NCBI GenBank assembly: GCA_964644695.1
Contig: CAZXWN010000008.1
Coordinates: 1 to 64,000, forward strand
Source of the DNA: an uncultured bacterium
GTDB taxonomy: Bacteria; UBP4; UBA4092
Reading direction: 5' to 3'
Length of the DNA: 64,000 nucleotides
Part shown: in pieces, positions 19,370 to 30,516 of the stretch
Layout of the letters: each line of letters starts with the position of its first letter
Numbering within the stretch: the stretch's first letter is position 1
The notes under the pieces: model-generated
What the model was told of the DNA's origin: nothing
What the model saw: only the letters and a program-made list of their open reading frames with translations
Database searches by the model: none
Program-made: the position numbers and the translations under genes

Positions 19370-21717
19370 GCTAAAATCTCCTGTACTATATCATTGTTAA
19401 CAAGTAACAGATCTTCTTCTGGCTCGATAAATATCTCTGATACACTATCAAAAGACATATTATTCAATGTTTCAATAGCTCCCATCGGAAGTAAAGATAA
19501 CTCCCTGCATATATCTTCAAATTCATCCATTGGTAGGCTATTAACTTTACATATACGTTCAAACAATTGGGAATGTGCTTTATCCAGCCCATCTATTAAC
19601 ATAGCGTCATTATCATCTTTTGTTTGTGATGATATTGTGTTTATTTCCTCCTGTTCAACAAAGATACTTGCTAACAGTGACTGCACTTGCTGTGTTTGGT
19701 GAAGTGTTCTATCTAGAACAGCAGAATCGAGAATTACCTCATGTTTATCTTTGGCAACAGGGGGAGATGGTATGGAAAAATTTTTTACTGATGCTGGAGT
19801 GTCTCCAGTTGTTAATACAACAGGATCATCGAACTTTGATGCTTGTATATTATGGATGTTGGAATAAATGAAACTATCATCCAGTCCCAAAAGGTTGTAT
19901 ATCTTCTTAAGGGCCTTTATTTCTTCAGGATCCACATTTCCGTCACATGCACTTATAAAAGCCAAATACTTGGCAATCTCGTTTTTTGCATGGACATCTA
20001 GGCTCCCAATTTTTTTCTTGATTCCAGTAAATTGTGGCGGTGTTAAACATAAATAGTGTATGTGAGCAGTTAGTCGATGTTTTTCAGGTTCATCTAATTG
20101 GGTAAGCGATTCAACATAACTTTTTAATTTGTCTTTTTCTTCCATCGAAAACACACCATCTGCATGACATACCAATGAAGCTAACCTCAATAACAATAAA
20201 GCTGCCATATATTCATCTGAAGGTGCATGCATAGACTTCTCGTCTAAATGATAGAGAAGTGCCATTTCCTGAGGATTAAGTTTTGCCCCTCCAAAACGAA
20301 TGTCAGGCTCAATACCTATCCCGTTCCTTTCCAAGAATTGACATATTAAAACCGAATCAGATTGTGAAAGGTTTTTAGTGAAGACAATCTCTAGGGTTTT
20401 TAAAAGCTCAGATATTTTGACGGTATATAGATTCCCATCTTGTTGGATATTATCTAACAAAGCAAACAAAGAGTCTTTTATTGGGTGCTTTATTTCCTTT
20501 AATAACGAATCTGGCAACAATGAGAGTGCATAAATTGAATTTATATCATCTGGTCTCCGACCTAAAAAACGACTATAACTATCCAATTCACTCATACATA
20601 TATCACCAATTTTTTTTAGAGAATCTATGGGTGATTTTAGTTTTGTTATGTCAGGTAAACCAATACTATGTTCAGTAAACATCTTTCCGGATAAAGATCC
20701 ATTAGCCGGATGATAAGTTGCAGATACATTGGTTTTATTAGGTTTTATAATCATTCCCGCATCAAATGTATCGGTATATTTTAATTGAAATAACTTACTA
20801 AATTCTTTTGCACACCTAGTCGCGGGTATTTTAAGATATGCATCGGGACAGTGCAAAAACCATTCACATGCTAAATCACCCGGAATCGGTAATCCCTTTA
20901 TTGAGTAATTGGCTAGTTTTAATTTCAACCAATATGGGTAATCAAAAGTATAACTATCTCCATTTAGTAGTTCTGGTCGTGGCAGTAAATCTGGATATTT
21001 AGCTTCCATAAAACCAACAAAAGAACTTGCATAGCTATAAAATGATTTATTTCCACCATAAATTGAAATCAAACGATATATCTCATTATGTAGATATTCT
21101 TTTTCCTCATAAGATAATATTTCTCTTTCCCCATCAACTAATATTCTTCGTTCTAAACCATAATAGAAAAGGAACACATATCCGATTTCAATTTTTGTAT
21201 CGGATCTTCCTGAACTAAGCCATATTAAATATATATTACGCGCTTCAGGGGATATTGACTTATATTCTGGATAGTAATCGACTAAATTTCTGTTATATGA
21301 ATCATCAAAATTAAATGGTTTAATGGGTAATGAAGGATCAATAACTGATGAATCGTGTTTTTGATTTCCATAGGATGTTGATGGATAAGTTTTACCAACA
21401 TAGATCATCCCATCGTTAATAATATAGTTATTGATTCTTACTGCCTGTCCATAACCGTACCACTTAAATGAAACTTCCGTTGATTTTTTTTCAGCTTTAC
21501 GAACATTGCAAGTATCAGGTTTTGTTTGTTTACCTTCATTTTTCTTTGATAAAAGCGTAATAGCTCTTTTCAAACAAAAGATTGTAAACCCCAGCATGAT
21601 AGTAATAAAGGATAATTCTGGAAATCCATTTATTCCCAATATTATGGCTAAACAAAGAACACATATTATTTTAATAATTGTTTTGATTATTTTACTTTTA
21701 TTCATGGTTATTAACAT
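19366..21717 (-). CDS. sngA: TerB-N/TerB/TerB-C protein with N-terminal TM helices (Shango SngA-like)
   Basis: YLIWLSSGR...IGYVFLFYYGLERR (TerB-N); ADGVFS..E and CDGNVD..E (TerB); GAIETLN (TerB-C). Confidence 0.85.
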   Translation of the reverse strand: MLITMNKSKIIKTIIKIICVLCLAIILGINGFPELSFITIMLGFTIFCLKRAITLLSKKNEGKQTKPDTCNVRKAEKKSTEVSFKWYGYGQAVRINNYIINDGMIYVGKTYPSTSYGNQKHDSSVIDPSLPIKPFNFDDSYNRNLVDYYPEYKSISPEARNIYLIWLSSGRSDTKIEIGYVFLFYYGLERRILVDGEREILSYEEKEYLHNEIYRLISIYGGNKSFYSYASSFVGFMEAKYPDLLPRPELLNGDSYTFDYPYWLKLKLANYSIKGLPIPGDLACEWFLHCPDAYLKIPATRCAKEFSKLFQLKYTDTFDAGMIIKPNKTNVSATYHPANGSLSGKMFTEHSIGLPDITKLKSPIDSLKKIGDICMSELDSYSRFLGRRPDDINSIYALSLLPDSLLKEIKHPIKDSLFALLDNIQQDGNLYTVKISELLKTLEIVFTKNLSQSDSVLICQFLERNGIGIEPDIRFGGAKLNPQEMALLYHLDEKSMHAPSDEYMAALLLLRLASLVCHADGVFSMEEKDKLKSYVESLTQLDEPEKHRLTAHIHYLCLTPPQFTGIKKKIGSLDVHAKNEIAKYLAFISACDGNVDPEEIKALKKIYNLLGLDDSFIYSNIHNIQASKFDDPVVLTTGDTPASVKNFSIPSPPVAKDKHEVILDSAVLDRTLHQTQQVQSLLASIFVEQEEINTISSQTKDDNDAMLIDGLDKAHSQLFERICKVNSLPMDEFEDICRELSLLPMGAIETLNNMSFDSVSEIFIEPEEDLLLVNNDIVQEILA

Positions 21718-21753
21718 ACCATATTCAATTTACTTATTGATTTTTATTACACT

Positions 21754-22596
21754 TTATATTTTTCTATTCTCTCCGACAGATTTATGGATGAAGTGTTTCA
21801 TTTGTTCCAGGACCTTTTTGTTATCAATATAGAGGGCATCTTCATGGGACCCTTTAAGAGTCACAAATTCTTTAGGTGAGTTCGCAGCATTATAGAGGTC
21901 CTGTCCATGATGGAAGGGGATAATATCATCCTGAGGACTGTGTCCAATCAGAACAGGGCAATGGATGGTTTTCATTTTGGAGAGGGAATCATATTTCGTT
22001 CGGAGTAACCACCGAATCGGCAGGAACGGATAGATATCCTGACTGGCCCGATAAACCGAAGTAAAAGAATCAATGACAATCAGGCCGGCAGGTTTGATGC
22101 GTGATGCCAGGTCAACAGCCACCGCACCTCCCAATGATTCACCGTAACAGATGAGTTTATTCGGGTCCACATCCTTACGGGTCTTCAGGTAATCCACCGC
22201 CGCCAGTGCATCCCGGTATGTCCCCTCTTCGGAAGGTTCCCCTTCACTTTTCCCGAATCCCCGATAATCGAAAATAAAGATATTGATTCCCAAATCATGC
22301 AGATGTTTCAGTCCAGATACCCGGTCTCCGATATTTCCGGCATTCCCATGACAAAATATCAAAGTCGCCGCTGGTTTATCCGCTGGAATAAACCAACCAT
22401 TGATTTTGACTTTGTCTTGAGTCACCAAAGTCACCTCATCGAATTGCATGGAGAGCATCCCCGGCGTCATAGAGACATGTTTCTCCGGATAGAAAATCTG
22501 CTTCTTTTCGAAATGACCGGCAAATATAACCAGCGCGATAAATAATACAAGCAGGACACTTAATTCAATAAGGATACGCTTCGTTGTTTTATTCAT
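21754..22596 (-). CDS. Membrane-anchored alpha/beta hydrolase (ABHD13/BEM46-like)
   Basis: HGNAGN, DYRGFG, GESLGG nucleophile elbow, DDIIP, GSH. Confidence 0.9.
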   Translation of the reverse strand: MNKTTKRILIELSVLLVLFIALVIFAGHFEKKQIFYPEKHVSMTPGMLSMQFDEVTLVTQDKVKINGWFIPADKPAATLIFCHGNAGNIGDRVSGLKHLHDLGINIFIFDYRGFGKSEGEPSEEGTYRDALAAVDYLKTRKDVDPNKLICYGESLGGAVAVDLASRIKPAGLIVIDSFTSVYRASQDIYPFLPIRWLLRTKYDSLSKMKTIHCPVLIGHSPQDDIIPFHHGQDLYNAANSPKEFVTLKGSHEDALYIDNKKVLEQMKHFIHKSVGENRKI

Positions 22597-22690
22597 GCTT
22601 GCATTATGTTAAATAGTAGATGTTTTGTCAATCAGTGTCAGTGCCTTCCGTTTCATCGTATGGAGACATACTCCCTCAATCCTCCCCAAT

Positions 22691-22728
22691 AAAAAAGGAT
22701 GCCTGAGTTCAGCACTCAGACATCCTTT
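22691..22728 (-). terminator. Intrinsic terminator
   Basis: AAAGGATG.CTGAG / CTCAG.CATCCTTT hairpin with A tract on the + strand. Confidence 0.65.
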
Positions 22729-22744
22729 ATATAACGAGGGTATA

Positions 22745-24229
22745 TTATTCAGTTACCATAAACTCACTCAACTCAACCGGAACAAGAGATTCACTGGCAA
22801 TCTTGGTAATAAAGAAACCTATTCCGGCATCCTTGGTTTCAGAATAAGCACCGGCAGTAACTGGGAAATTGGTAGAAGTTGTATAACCGACAATATAGGC
22901 ATTCTTCGCCGGGTCTGCCGCAACATCAACACAGCAGTTAGTCAGATCCCCACCCAGGTAGGTAGAAAACACCAATCCCGTTCCAGTATCATTTAATTTA
23001 TAAAGGGTTCCACACCAGGTACCTTTATATGCTTGATATGAATTAGCCAAGGGGAATGAAGTGGAGGAATTGGTATATCCGGCGACATAGGCACATCCAT
23101 TGTCATCAACAGCAATTCCATTTGCATAATCAGTGGCATTTCCACCCACATAGGTCGAATAAACCAGGGCACTTCCTTCAGGATTAAGTTTCGTTACAAA
23201 AGTATCCTGGCCACTAGAAGTACTGGCTTGATAGGCACCCGCAGATACGGGGAAATTAGCAGAATAGGTATAGCCTGTAATATATGCATTCCCCGCAGAA
23301 TCAAGAGCAATACCATTAGAAACATCCATAGAAGCGCCACCAACATAGGTAGAATATACCAGGCCTGTACCTGCAGCGTTTAATTTGGTCACCACAACAT
23401 CATAGTCTAGATTCTTCACTCTAGAATACGCTCCCGCGGTAGTAGGATAAGATGTAGAGTTACTATATCCAGTGACGTAGGCACATCCGCTATCATCAAC
23501 AGCAATTCGAGTAAAACTATCCTGTTTCTCACCGCCGAGATAGGTGGAATATACCAAGCCTGTACCGGCAGGATTTACTTTACTCACAAACCCATCCAGA
23601 TAAATGCCACCACCCGAAATTTGAGAATAAGCATTTACTGTTGTTGGGAAGTTGCCTGAATAAGTATATCCAGTTATATAGGCATTCCCCTCAGGATCTA
23701 CTGCGACTCCAAATGGCTGATCATTTTTAGAGCCTCCTATATAGGTGGAATATACCAGGCCTGTACCCGTGGGATTTAATTTAAACAAAAAGGCATCATA
23801 TCCACCCGATGATTTTGTTGAATAAGCACCCGCAGTCACAGGAAAGGCAGAGGATGATGTATATCCCGTAACATAACAATTCCCCTGCGCATCAACCGCA
23901 ATACCAAAGGGTTCGTCCACACTCTCCCCACCCATATATACCGAAAATTCTAAACCCGATCCATTAGGGTTGATTTTCGCTACAAAAACATCCTGACTGA
24001 CCTGAGTTGTTGTATATGCAGTCATAGTTACAGGAAGGTTTTTTGATTGTGAATATCCCGCCATATAAACATTTCCGGCAGAGTCAACAGCTATTGCTGT
24101 GGGAATATCTGACAATGAACCACCCAAAAAAGTTGAATACGCTAATTCATAACCATAACCCATTGAATAACCAAGGAATACTAATACAAATAACCAGGAA
24201 TAAAAAACCTTTCTCATTTTAATCTCCAT
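22745..24229 (-). CDS. Secreted SBBP beta-propeller repeat protein with a PVELSxF tail
   Basis: Signal peptide; 7 repeats of YSTYLGG...IAVD..GNAYxTGYT.S.NFP. Confidence 0.9.
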   Translation of the reverse strand: MEIKMRKVFYSWLFVLVFLGYSMGYGYELAYSTFLGGSLSDIPTAIAVDSAGNVYMAGYSQSKNLPVTMTAYTTTQVSQDVFVAKINPNGSGLEFSVYMGGESVDEPFGIAVDAQGNCYVTGYTSSSAFPVTAGAYSTKSSGGYDAFLFKLNPTGTGLVYSTYIGGSKNDQPFGVAVDPEGNAYITGYTYSGNFPTTVNAYSQISGGGIYLDGFVSKVNPAGTGLVYSTYLGGEKQDSFTRIAVDDSGCAYVTGYSNSTSYPTTAGAYSRVKNLDYDVVVTKLNAAGTGLVYSTYVGGASMDVSNGIALDSAGNAYITGYTYSANFPVSAGAYQASTSSGQDTFVTKLNPEGSALVYSTYVGGNATDYANGIAVDDNGCAYVAGYTNSSTSFPLANSYQAYKGTWCGTLYKLNDTGTGLVFSTYLGGDLTNCCVDVAADPAKNAYIVGYTTSTNFPVTAGAYSETKDAGIGFFITKIASESLVPVELSEFMVTE

Positions 24230-24691
24230 AAAACCGACAGTTTAAGTATTTTTGTGTTTATTTAATTACCCTTTTTATTTTGTTGAAGATTTCAACCCTC
24301 ACTTTCTTCTAAAGGACCTGTTCAGTATTTGTTTTAACTTAATAAGAAGATGATTGTATTGAGACTTTCTGCAAGTCGTTATCTGCCGTATATTCATGGA
24401 ACCATGCAACAAAACGGAACATATTTAGGCGCTGACAAACCCTGAAAAACACACTTTTATATACATAAAACAATCGCCCCTGCAATTATGATGCTGTGAA
24501 TATTTTAATAATACAAATCACTCCTGAAATCTTCAGTGCATTCTATATAAAGAGGATAGCCCTGTCAATGATAAAAGATAACTTTTAGCAATAATGCAAT
24601 AAAGATGGTCACACAGACATATTATATGTTGACGTGTATAACTCTCTGGAATATAGTGAGGTTATAGAAGTACTTTGTATCCTCCGGGGTT

Positions 24692-27355
24692 ATGTTTCAA
24701 ATCGTAAGAAGATATAAGATGTCAGGACAAGACAAGTTATCCTCAAAAACGGACATTAAAACCAAGTCCAACTGGCTACCCATTGCGGCCGGATTATTTA
24801 TCTGTGCCCTGACATTGATATTATGGAAGACCGTTGATATCCAGGAAAAGAAGAATTTACAGGATAAGGTCCATGCCCAAACCGAATATATCAGAACCTT
24901 GATTGAGGATGATATCGAGAATCGGTTTCCCGGCTTTCAACGCATGGCTAACCTCTGGGCCAATCAAAACGGGATTTCCAAGGATGTATTTACAAAAAAC
25001 GCTACATCCTATATGAGTCATTTTCCAGGGTTTCAAGGTATCAACTGGGCAGATAAAGAGGGTACTGTCCGGTGGGTTGTTCCACTGCAAGGAAACGAGC
25101 AGGTTCAAAATCTCAATATTGCTTTAGATAAGAACCGTTATCCGGCCCTGGAAAAGGCCAGACGCACCCAATCTCCCACAGTGACTCGGCCTCTTGCTCT
25201 TATAAAAGGGGCTAAAGGGTTTCTGGCTTATTTCCCCGTTTATTCGTATGGGAAACTGGATGGGTATATTATTGGCGTTGTCCGCATCCAGGACTGGCTG
25301 GATTATGTTTTAAGCGCCAAAAGCAATTACTTTTCCCCAAAAGATTACCGAGTACAGGTTTTCTTTGACGAAGAGATGATTTATGAACAAGAGGGATGGG
25401 AGTCGTTAAAGAAATATGATTATCCCATTCACCCTACCATTCCCTTGATGGATCGCAGTCTATATATCCATGTACGGCCCACCGATGCTTATATAAAGGA
25501 AAATATATCGTTTTTGCCAAATGCCATATTGATATTCGGTTTTTTGTTTTCTATTCTGACTTCTCTCATTGTGTATTTATACCAGAAGGCTGATTGGGAA
25601 AAACAAAGGCTGGCTGACTCCAACCAAGCACTGGAAAATGAAGTTAAAGAACGACAAAAAATAGAACAGGAACTCCAGGATGCATTGATGCATATAGACC
25701 TTGCCGTCAAATCCGCGAAAATGGGAATCTGGTCGTATGATTTAACCAAAAACCAATTATCCTGGAACGAGAGGATGTATGCACTATACGACATCCCGAT
25801 CGACACCACACCCAGTTATGATGTATGGGCCAAGGCCGTCCATCCCGATGACCTTCCGCGTATAGAACCCCTGCTCAAAGATACACTTGAAGGAAAGGCT
25901 ATCTATGATGCAGAATTTCGCATCATACTTTCTGACGGGTCTATCCGACATATCCATACTGCGGCCAGCTTGGAGCGAGACAATCAAGGCAACCCACATA
26001 GTATGATTGGCCTTAACTGGGATATCTCTGAGACCAAGCAAAAAGAGAAGGCTCTCAGGGAAAGTGACGAGCAAGTACGCCTGCTGCTCAATTCTACCGG
26101 TGAAGGTATTTATGGAATCAATCTTTCGGGTGAATGTACTTTTGCCAATCCAGCCTGCATAAAGATGCTGGGATATTCAAGTATGGATGAATTACTCGGA
26201 AAGAATATGCATAAGTTGATACACCATTCTTATCCAGATGGAACTCCCATGCCCGTGGATATCTGCAAAATATTCAGAGCATTCCGTAAAGGCGAGGGAA
26301 TGCATATTGATGATGAAGTTTTCTGGAGAAAAGATGGTTCTTGTTTCCCAGTGGATTGCTGGTCTTATCCTCAGCAAACAAATAACACCGTAACTGGCGC
26401 GGTAGTGACATTCACAGATAGCACTGAACGAAAACAAGCAGAAAAACAACTGGCTGATGAACAACGCCGGCTTTTTGCTATTTTAGAAGGCACTAATGTT
26501 GGAACTTGGGAATGGAATATTCAGACTGGCGAAACAATTGTAAATGAGCGCTGGGCCGAAATTGTTGGATATCGGTTAGACGAGCTGGCGCCACTATCTA
26601 TAGAAATGTGGACAAAGCTTGTTCACCCTGATGACTTAGAGGAATCAAAGACCCGACTCACAAAGCATTTTAATGGAGAACTTGATTATTATGAACTGGA
26701 AACTCGGATGCTCCATAAAAACGGTAATTGGGTATGGGTTCTTGCAAGGGGGAAGATAAATACATGGACTCCTGATGGGAAACCTTTATTGATGTCTGGT
26801 ACCCATCAAGACATCACCACCCGAAAAGAAGATGAAGAGAAGATACAACATCTGGCAACTCATGATGGATTAACGGATCTTCCAAGCTTAAAGTTATTGA
26901 GAGACCGTCTTTCCATGGCTCTACATAATGCAGACCGATATCAAAAGATGGTTGCCGTGATGTTCATTGATCTTGATGGCTTCAAACTGGTTAATGATAC
27001 TTATGGGCATGATGTTGGTGATAATGTCCTGAAAGAAGTAGCAAAACATTTCAGAGACAGTGTACGCAAAACAGACACAGTTGCTCGAGTGGGTGGAGAC
27101 GAGTTTATGATAGTACTAACGGATATTCAGACTCTGGAGAGCGTCAAAGAGATTACCATAAAGGTCCTACGGCTTATAGAAGAATCAATCATCATAAATG
27201 GTCTTAAGATAACCATCAGTGCAAGCATTGGAATATCGCTGTATCCGTCAGATAGTGCGGATATGGATGAGTTAATCAAACTGGCTGATGCAGCAATGTA
27301 CAAGGTAAAAGCGGCAGGAAAAAATAGCTATGGCTTTGCAACACCTGCAAATTGA
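24692..27355 (+). CDS. Diguanylate cyclase, CHASE-PAS-PAS-PAS-GGDEF
   Basis: Two TM segments flanking a sensor domain; three PAS/PAC units; DLDGFK..ND.YGH..GD; RVGGDEF. Confidence 0.92.
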   Translation: MFQIVRRYKMSGQDKLSSKTDIKTKSNWLPIAAGLFICALTLILWKTVDIQEKKNLQDKVHAQTEYIRTLIEDDIENRFPGFQRMANLWANQNGISKDVFTKNATSYMSHFPGFQGINWADKEGTVRWVVPLQGNEQVQNLNIALDKNRYPALEKARRTQSPTVTRPLALIKGAKGFLAYFPVYSYGKLDGYIIGVVRIQDWLDYVLSAKSNYFSPKDYRVQVFFDEEMIYEQEGWESLKKYDYPIHPTIPLMDRSLYIHVRPTDAYIKENISFLPNAILIFGFLFSILTSLIVYLYQKADWEKQRLADSNQALENEVKERQKIEQELQDALMHIDLAVKSAKMGIWSYDLTKNQLSWNERMYALYDIPIDTTPSYDVWAKAVHPDDLPRIEPLLKDTLEGKAIYDAEFRIILSDGSIRHIHTAASLERDNQGNPHSMIGLNWDISETKQKEKALRESDEQVRLLLNSTGEGIYGINLSGECTFANPACIKMLGYSSMDELLGKNMHKLIHHSYPDGTPMPVDICKIFRAFRKGEGMHIDDEVFWRKDGSCFPVDCWSYPQQTNNTVTGAVVTFTDSTERKQAEKQLADEQRRLFAILEGTNVGTWEWNIQTGETIVNERWAEIVGYRLDELAPLSIEMWTKLVHPDDLEESKTRLTKHFNGELDYYELETRMLHKNGNWVWVLARGKINTWTPDGKPLLMSGTHQDITTRKEDEEKIQHLATHDGLTDLPSLKLLRDRLSMALHNADRYQKMVAVMFIDLDGFKLVNDTYGHDVGDNVLKEVAKHFRDSVRKTDTVARVGGDEFMIVLTDIQTLESVKEITIKVLRLIEESIIINGLKITISASIGISLYPSDSADMDELIKLADAAMYKVKAAGKNSYGFATPAN

Positions 27356-27439
27356 CAGTAATTTTTCCTAAACATCCCGAATCCTCTATACTAGATATCA
27401 GTGTTTAAATCTCATATATTTTTGTACAGGTGAGCACCT

Positions 27440-29521
27440 ATGTCGGAATTATTACTCTCTTTGGTTTTTTGTTGTTACCCCAGTAATGATTTATACCAGG
27501 CTTTGATACAGTCGGGGTATCATTATCCCCGATATGACACAATCGACCAGACTCTTGAAGCGGCCCCGGAAGGGTCCTGTGTATTTTTGTTGGCGGATGA
27601 ATATCCGTCCAAGACTAACACCCTTACCTCTGAGCAGCTAAAGAAAGCTCAGTCTAAGAAACTGAAACTGTATTTAGAATATTTCTCTGAAGTGCCGGAA
27701 TACTCCATCGGCTCCGTCAAACATACTCAATGGGAACGCTGTGTCGTAAACAGTGACCTGTTTGGCCCTGCTCTGCCAAAGATGCAGATTCTAATGGCCC
27801 ATGACTGTCATTTTCTTCCTGTGGAGACGACAGTAGAACCTTTAGTCGTGGTGGCCAAGGTGGCAGGATATGACTCAGCGATTCTGGGACTCCCTGAAGT
27901 AACTTATCCAATATTGATGAAGTCTGCAGACGGACAGATAATACTGGCAACAACAGGTTTAAGCCGATTCAAGACCGGACGGTATGCCCCCAAGAATGAA
28001 TGGAAGACCCTCTGGAAATCCATATTGAACCAGTTTGAAACAACAGACCATTTCCCACAATTCGACTGGGAATCCGATGTACATCCCACATGGGGAAAAG
28101 GTGAGACACTCCCCAGTGATTTCGAAAATCAGACCTTTTCACGAGCCGTCAACTGGATCCACCATTCCCAATTATTTCCAGATGCTGACCAGGTAGAATC
28201 CATTCATGAACTACTGAAGAACGGACAGGAAACCCGTCCGACTCTCCCGAATGGGAAACCCGATGGAGATGGAACTCTGGGATTTATGGAAGGGTATGCC
28301 TCTACAATCAAAACGGATGGGAACCAGCTCCAACGGTTGCCTCTGCGCGCAGACTGTATGGCTGAAGTTGCGATGGTACTGGCTCTGGACTGGGAAATCA
28401 ATCAAAACGCTCAAAGCCGGGACCGTGCCCGTAATTTGATGGACTATATCTATTACAGCGGGAAACTGACTGGCGGTGCTCGGTCCAATCCTGACCATTC
28501 AGCGTATGGGATGATTGCCTGGGGCGCTATTTCATGGGTTTGGGAAAAAGCCAACTACACCGATGATAATGCACGGGTACTGTTGGCAAGTCTTGCCGCT
28601 CGAAAAGCTCTGGAAACAGACGAATGGGATCTGCCTATTATGAAAGCCGTCCTGGCCAATCTCAGAACCACAGGCCCTTCTGGATACCGCTCAGACCGGA
28701 TGGATGTGGATGGGATGGACCATAAGGACTGGAAATATTTTCAAAACAAAGACCGGGTGAATTATTCAACCCATCATGAATCCTATATGTGGGCCTGTTA
28801 TCTATGGGGTTACCACCAGACCGGGTATCCAGTGTTTCTGGAAAAAGCAAAGAACGGGATTCGTTTGATGATGAAAGCCTATCCTGATGAATGGCGATGG
28901 GGTGACAATATCGAACGCGCCCGATTCCTATTATGCCTGGCATGGTTAGTAAGAGTCGATGATACACCGGAGCACCGGGAGTGGCTCAAACGAATATCTG
29001 ATGATTTACTGAAGTATCAGGATGCGTGTGGCGCTCTCCGAGAAAAACCTATTATCCATAAAGCGGATGGTGCTTACCAAGCCCAAACGAATGAAACATA
29101 CGGCCAAGGGGAAACAGCAGTCGTCCAAAAAGATGGAGACCCCGCCACCGACCAACTCTATACAACTGGATTTGCACTCCTGGGCCTGCATGAAGCGGCA
29201 CTGGCGACAGGCGATACGACCTATCGAGATGCAGGCGACAAACTGGCGGAATACCTCTGCCGAATCCAAATCAAATCCGAGAAATATCCTTATCTGGATG
29301 GAGCATGGTACCGTGCTTTTGATTTCAACAAGTGGGAGTATTGGGCCAGCTCCGGTGATGCGGGATGGGGCGCATGGTCTGTGGAAAGTGGATGGGGGCA
29401 GGCCTGGATTTCGGCTTTACTAGGTCTTCGCCGAAAAGATATCTCTCTGTGGGATTACAGCCATCGCCAAGATATGGCTTATGTCTTTGATGAGGCATTG
29501 AAACAAATCCCTCAGAAATAA
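27440..29521 (+). CDS. Hypothetical protein, probable (alpha/alpha)-barrel glycosidase-like fold
   Basis: 693-aa ORF rich in Trp/Tyr helices; YTDDNAR motif; terminator follows. Confidence 0.6.
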   Translation: MSELLLSLVFCCYPSNDLYQALIQSGYHYPRYDTIDQTLEAAPEGSCVFLLADEYPSKTNTLTSEQLKKAQSKKLKLYLEYFSEVPEYSIGSVKHTQWERCVVNSDLFGPALPKMQILMAHDCHFLPVETTVEPLVVVAKVAGYDSAILGLPEVTYPILMKSADGQIILATTGLSRFKTGRYAPKNEWKTLWKSILNQFETTDHFPQFDWESDVHPTWGKGETLPSDFENQTFSRAVNWIHHSQLFPDADQVESIHELLKNGQETRPTLPNGKPDGDGTLGFMEGYASTIKTDGNQLQRLPLRADCMAEVAMVLALDWEINQNAQSRDRARNLMDYIYYSGKLTGGARSNPDHSAYGMIAWGAISWVWEKANYTDDNARVLLASLAARKALETDEWDLPIMKAVLANLRTTGPSGYRSDRMDVDGMDHKDWKYFQNKDRVNYSTHHESYMWACYLWGYHQTGYPVFLEKAKNGIRLMMKAYPDEWRWGDNIERARFLLCLAWLVRVDDTPEHREWLKRISDDLLKYQDACGALREKPIIHKADGAYQAQTNETYGQGETAVVQKDGDPATDQLYTTGFALLGLHEAALATGDTTYRDAGDKLAEYLCRIQIKSEKYPYLDGAWYRAFDFNKWEYWASSGDAGWGAWSVESGWGQAWISALLGLRRKDISLWDYSHRQDMAYVFDEALKQIPQK

Positions 29522-29534
29522 TTCAGTATCAGAC

Positions 29535-29574
29535 AAAACACCCCGGCAGAGTTGTTCAGACCGGGGTGTTTTTT
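29535..29574 (+). terminator. Intrinsic terminator
   Basis: AAAACACCCCGG...CCGGGGTGTTTTTT. Confidence 0.8.
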
Positions 29575-29716
29575 ATATTTACTCACGATGTAACCTATTA
29601 ATATTATTATTCATACCACTCAAAATATTGATTTACATTATCTATTGACTATGTAATAATTCCCGTTATCAAAGAATCTCTACCATATGTCAGGGCATAG
29701 AAAAGAGGTGTAAATT

Positions 29717-30454
29717 ATGCGTAAATTTGTGTTATCTATTATTTTATTCAGCATGTTGAGTTACTGTATCGGTGCACAGATCAGTTTTCAAACTCTTCCT
29801 TATCAACAAAACTGGTCCAGCGCCACAGCGACATTGGGAACCAATAACTACTGGCCTCCAAGTATGGGTGTAATGGGTTTTGCCAGTAACAAAGAGCTTA
29901 CGATTGGAACCGACCCACAAACTCTTTTGACTGAAGATGGTTCTGCTAACTTACTAGCAAACCAAACAGATCCCGCCACTACGGACCCCTCTATTAATAC
30001 AACGTTTGGTGTAGCAGAGTTCCAAATCGCTGATCCGGTAATTGCTCTCTGTCCCAATCCGGATCGAGATACACCCAGTTTGGTGTTTTATTTGAACTCA
30101 ACCACTATTTCCAGCACCAGTCTCATTAAACTCAGTTATACCCTTCGAGATATTGATGACTCTGCTCGAAACACAGTTCAGCCTATTGCTGTACAGTATA
30201 GAGTAGGAAGCGTCGGTTCATTTACCAATATTCCGGAAGCCTTTGTCGCTGATGCGACCGTGGGTCCAAACCTGACTCAGAGCGTTGATTATAATGTAGT
30301 CCTGCCAGCAGAATGTTCCAATCAGGCTAAACTCTATATTCGGTTCATCACTGCTTATGTATCCGACCATGCAGACGAATGGGTAGGTATTGATAATGTT
30401 AAGCTGGAAGAATATTTAACCCCAGTCGAATTAAGCGGTTTTGACGCTGAATAA
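29717..30454 (+). CDS. Secreted beta-rich protein (paralogue family A) with a PVELSxF tail
   Basis: Signal peptide; YTLRDID..., QPIAVQYR, DEWVGID shared with 31003 and 39171. Confidence 0.8.
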   Translation: MRKFVLSIILFSMLSYCIGAQISFQTLPYQQNWSSATATLGTNNYWPPSMGVMGFASNKELTIGTDPQTLLTEDGSANLLANQTDPATTDPSINTTFGVAEFQIADPVIALCPNPDRDTPSLVFYLNSTTISSTSLIKLSYTLRDIDDSARNTVQPIAVQYRVGSVGSFTNIPEAFVADATVGPNLTQSVDYNVVLPAECSNQAKLYIRFITAYVSDHADEWVGIDNVKLEEYLTPVELSGFDAE

Positions 30455-30516
30455 TTGTATAATCGCTTATAACAGGCTTAGAGATTTCTCTGAGCCTGTT
30501 GTTTTTTAGAGCCGTT

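Noticed and set aside
22780-24140. Recurring DNA repeats such as ATAGGTGGAATATACCAGGCCTGTACC
   Set aside because: Coding repeats of SBBP propeller blades; not CRISPR or DGR.
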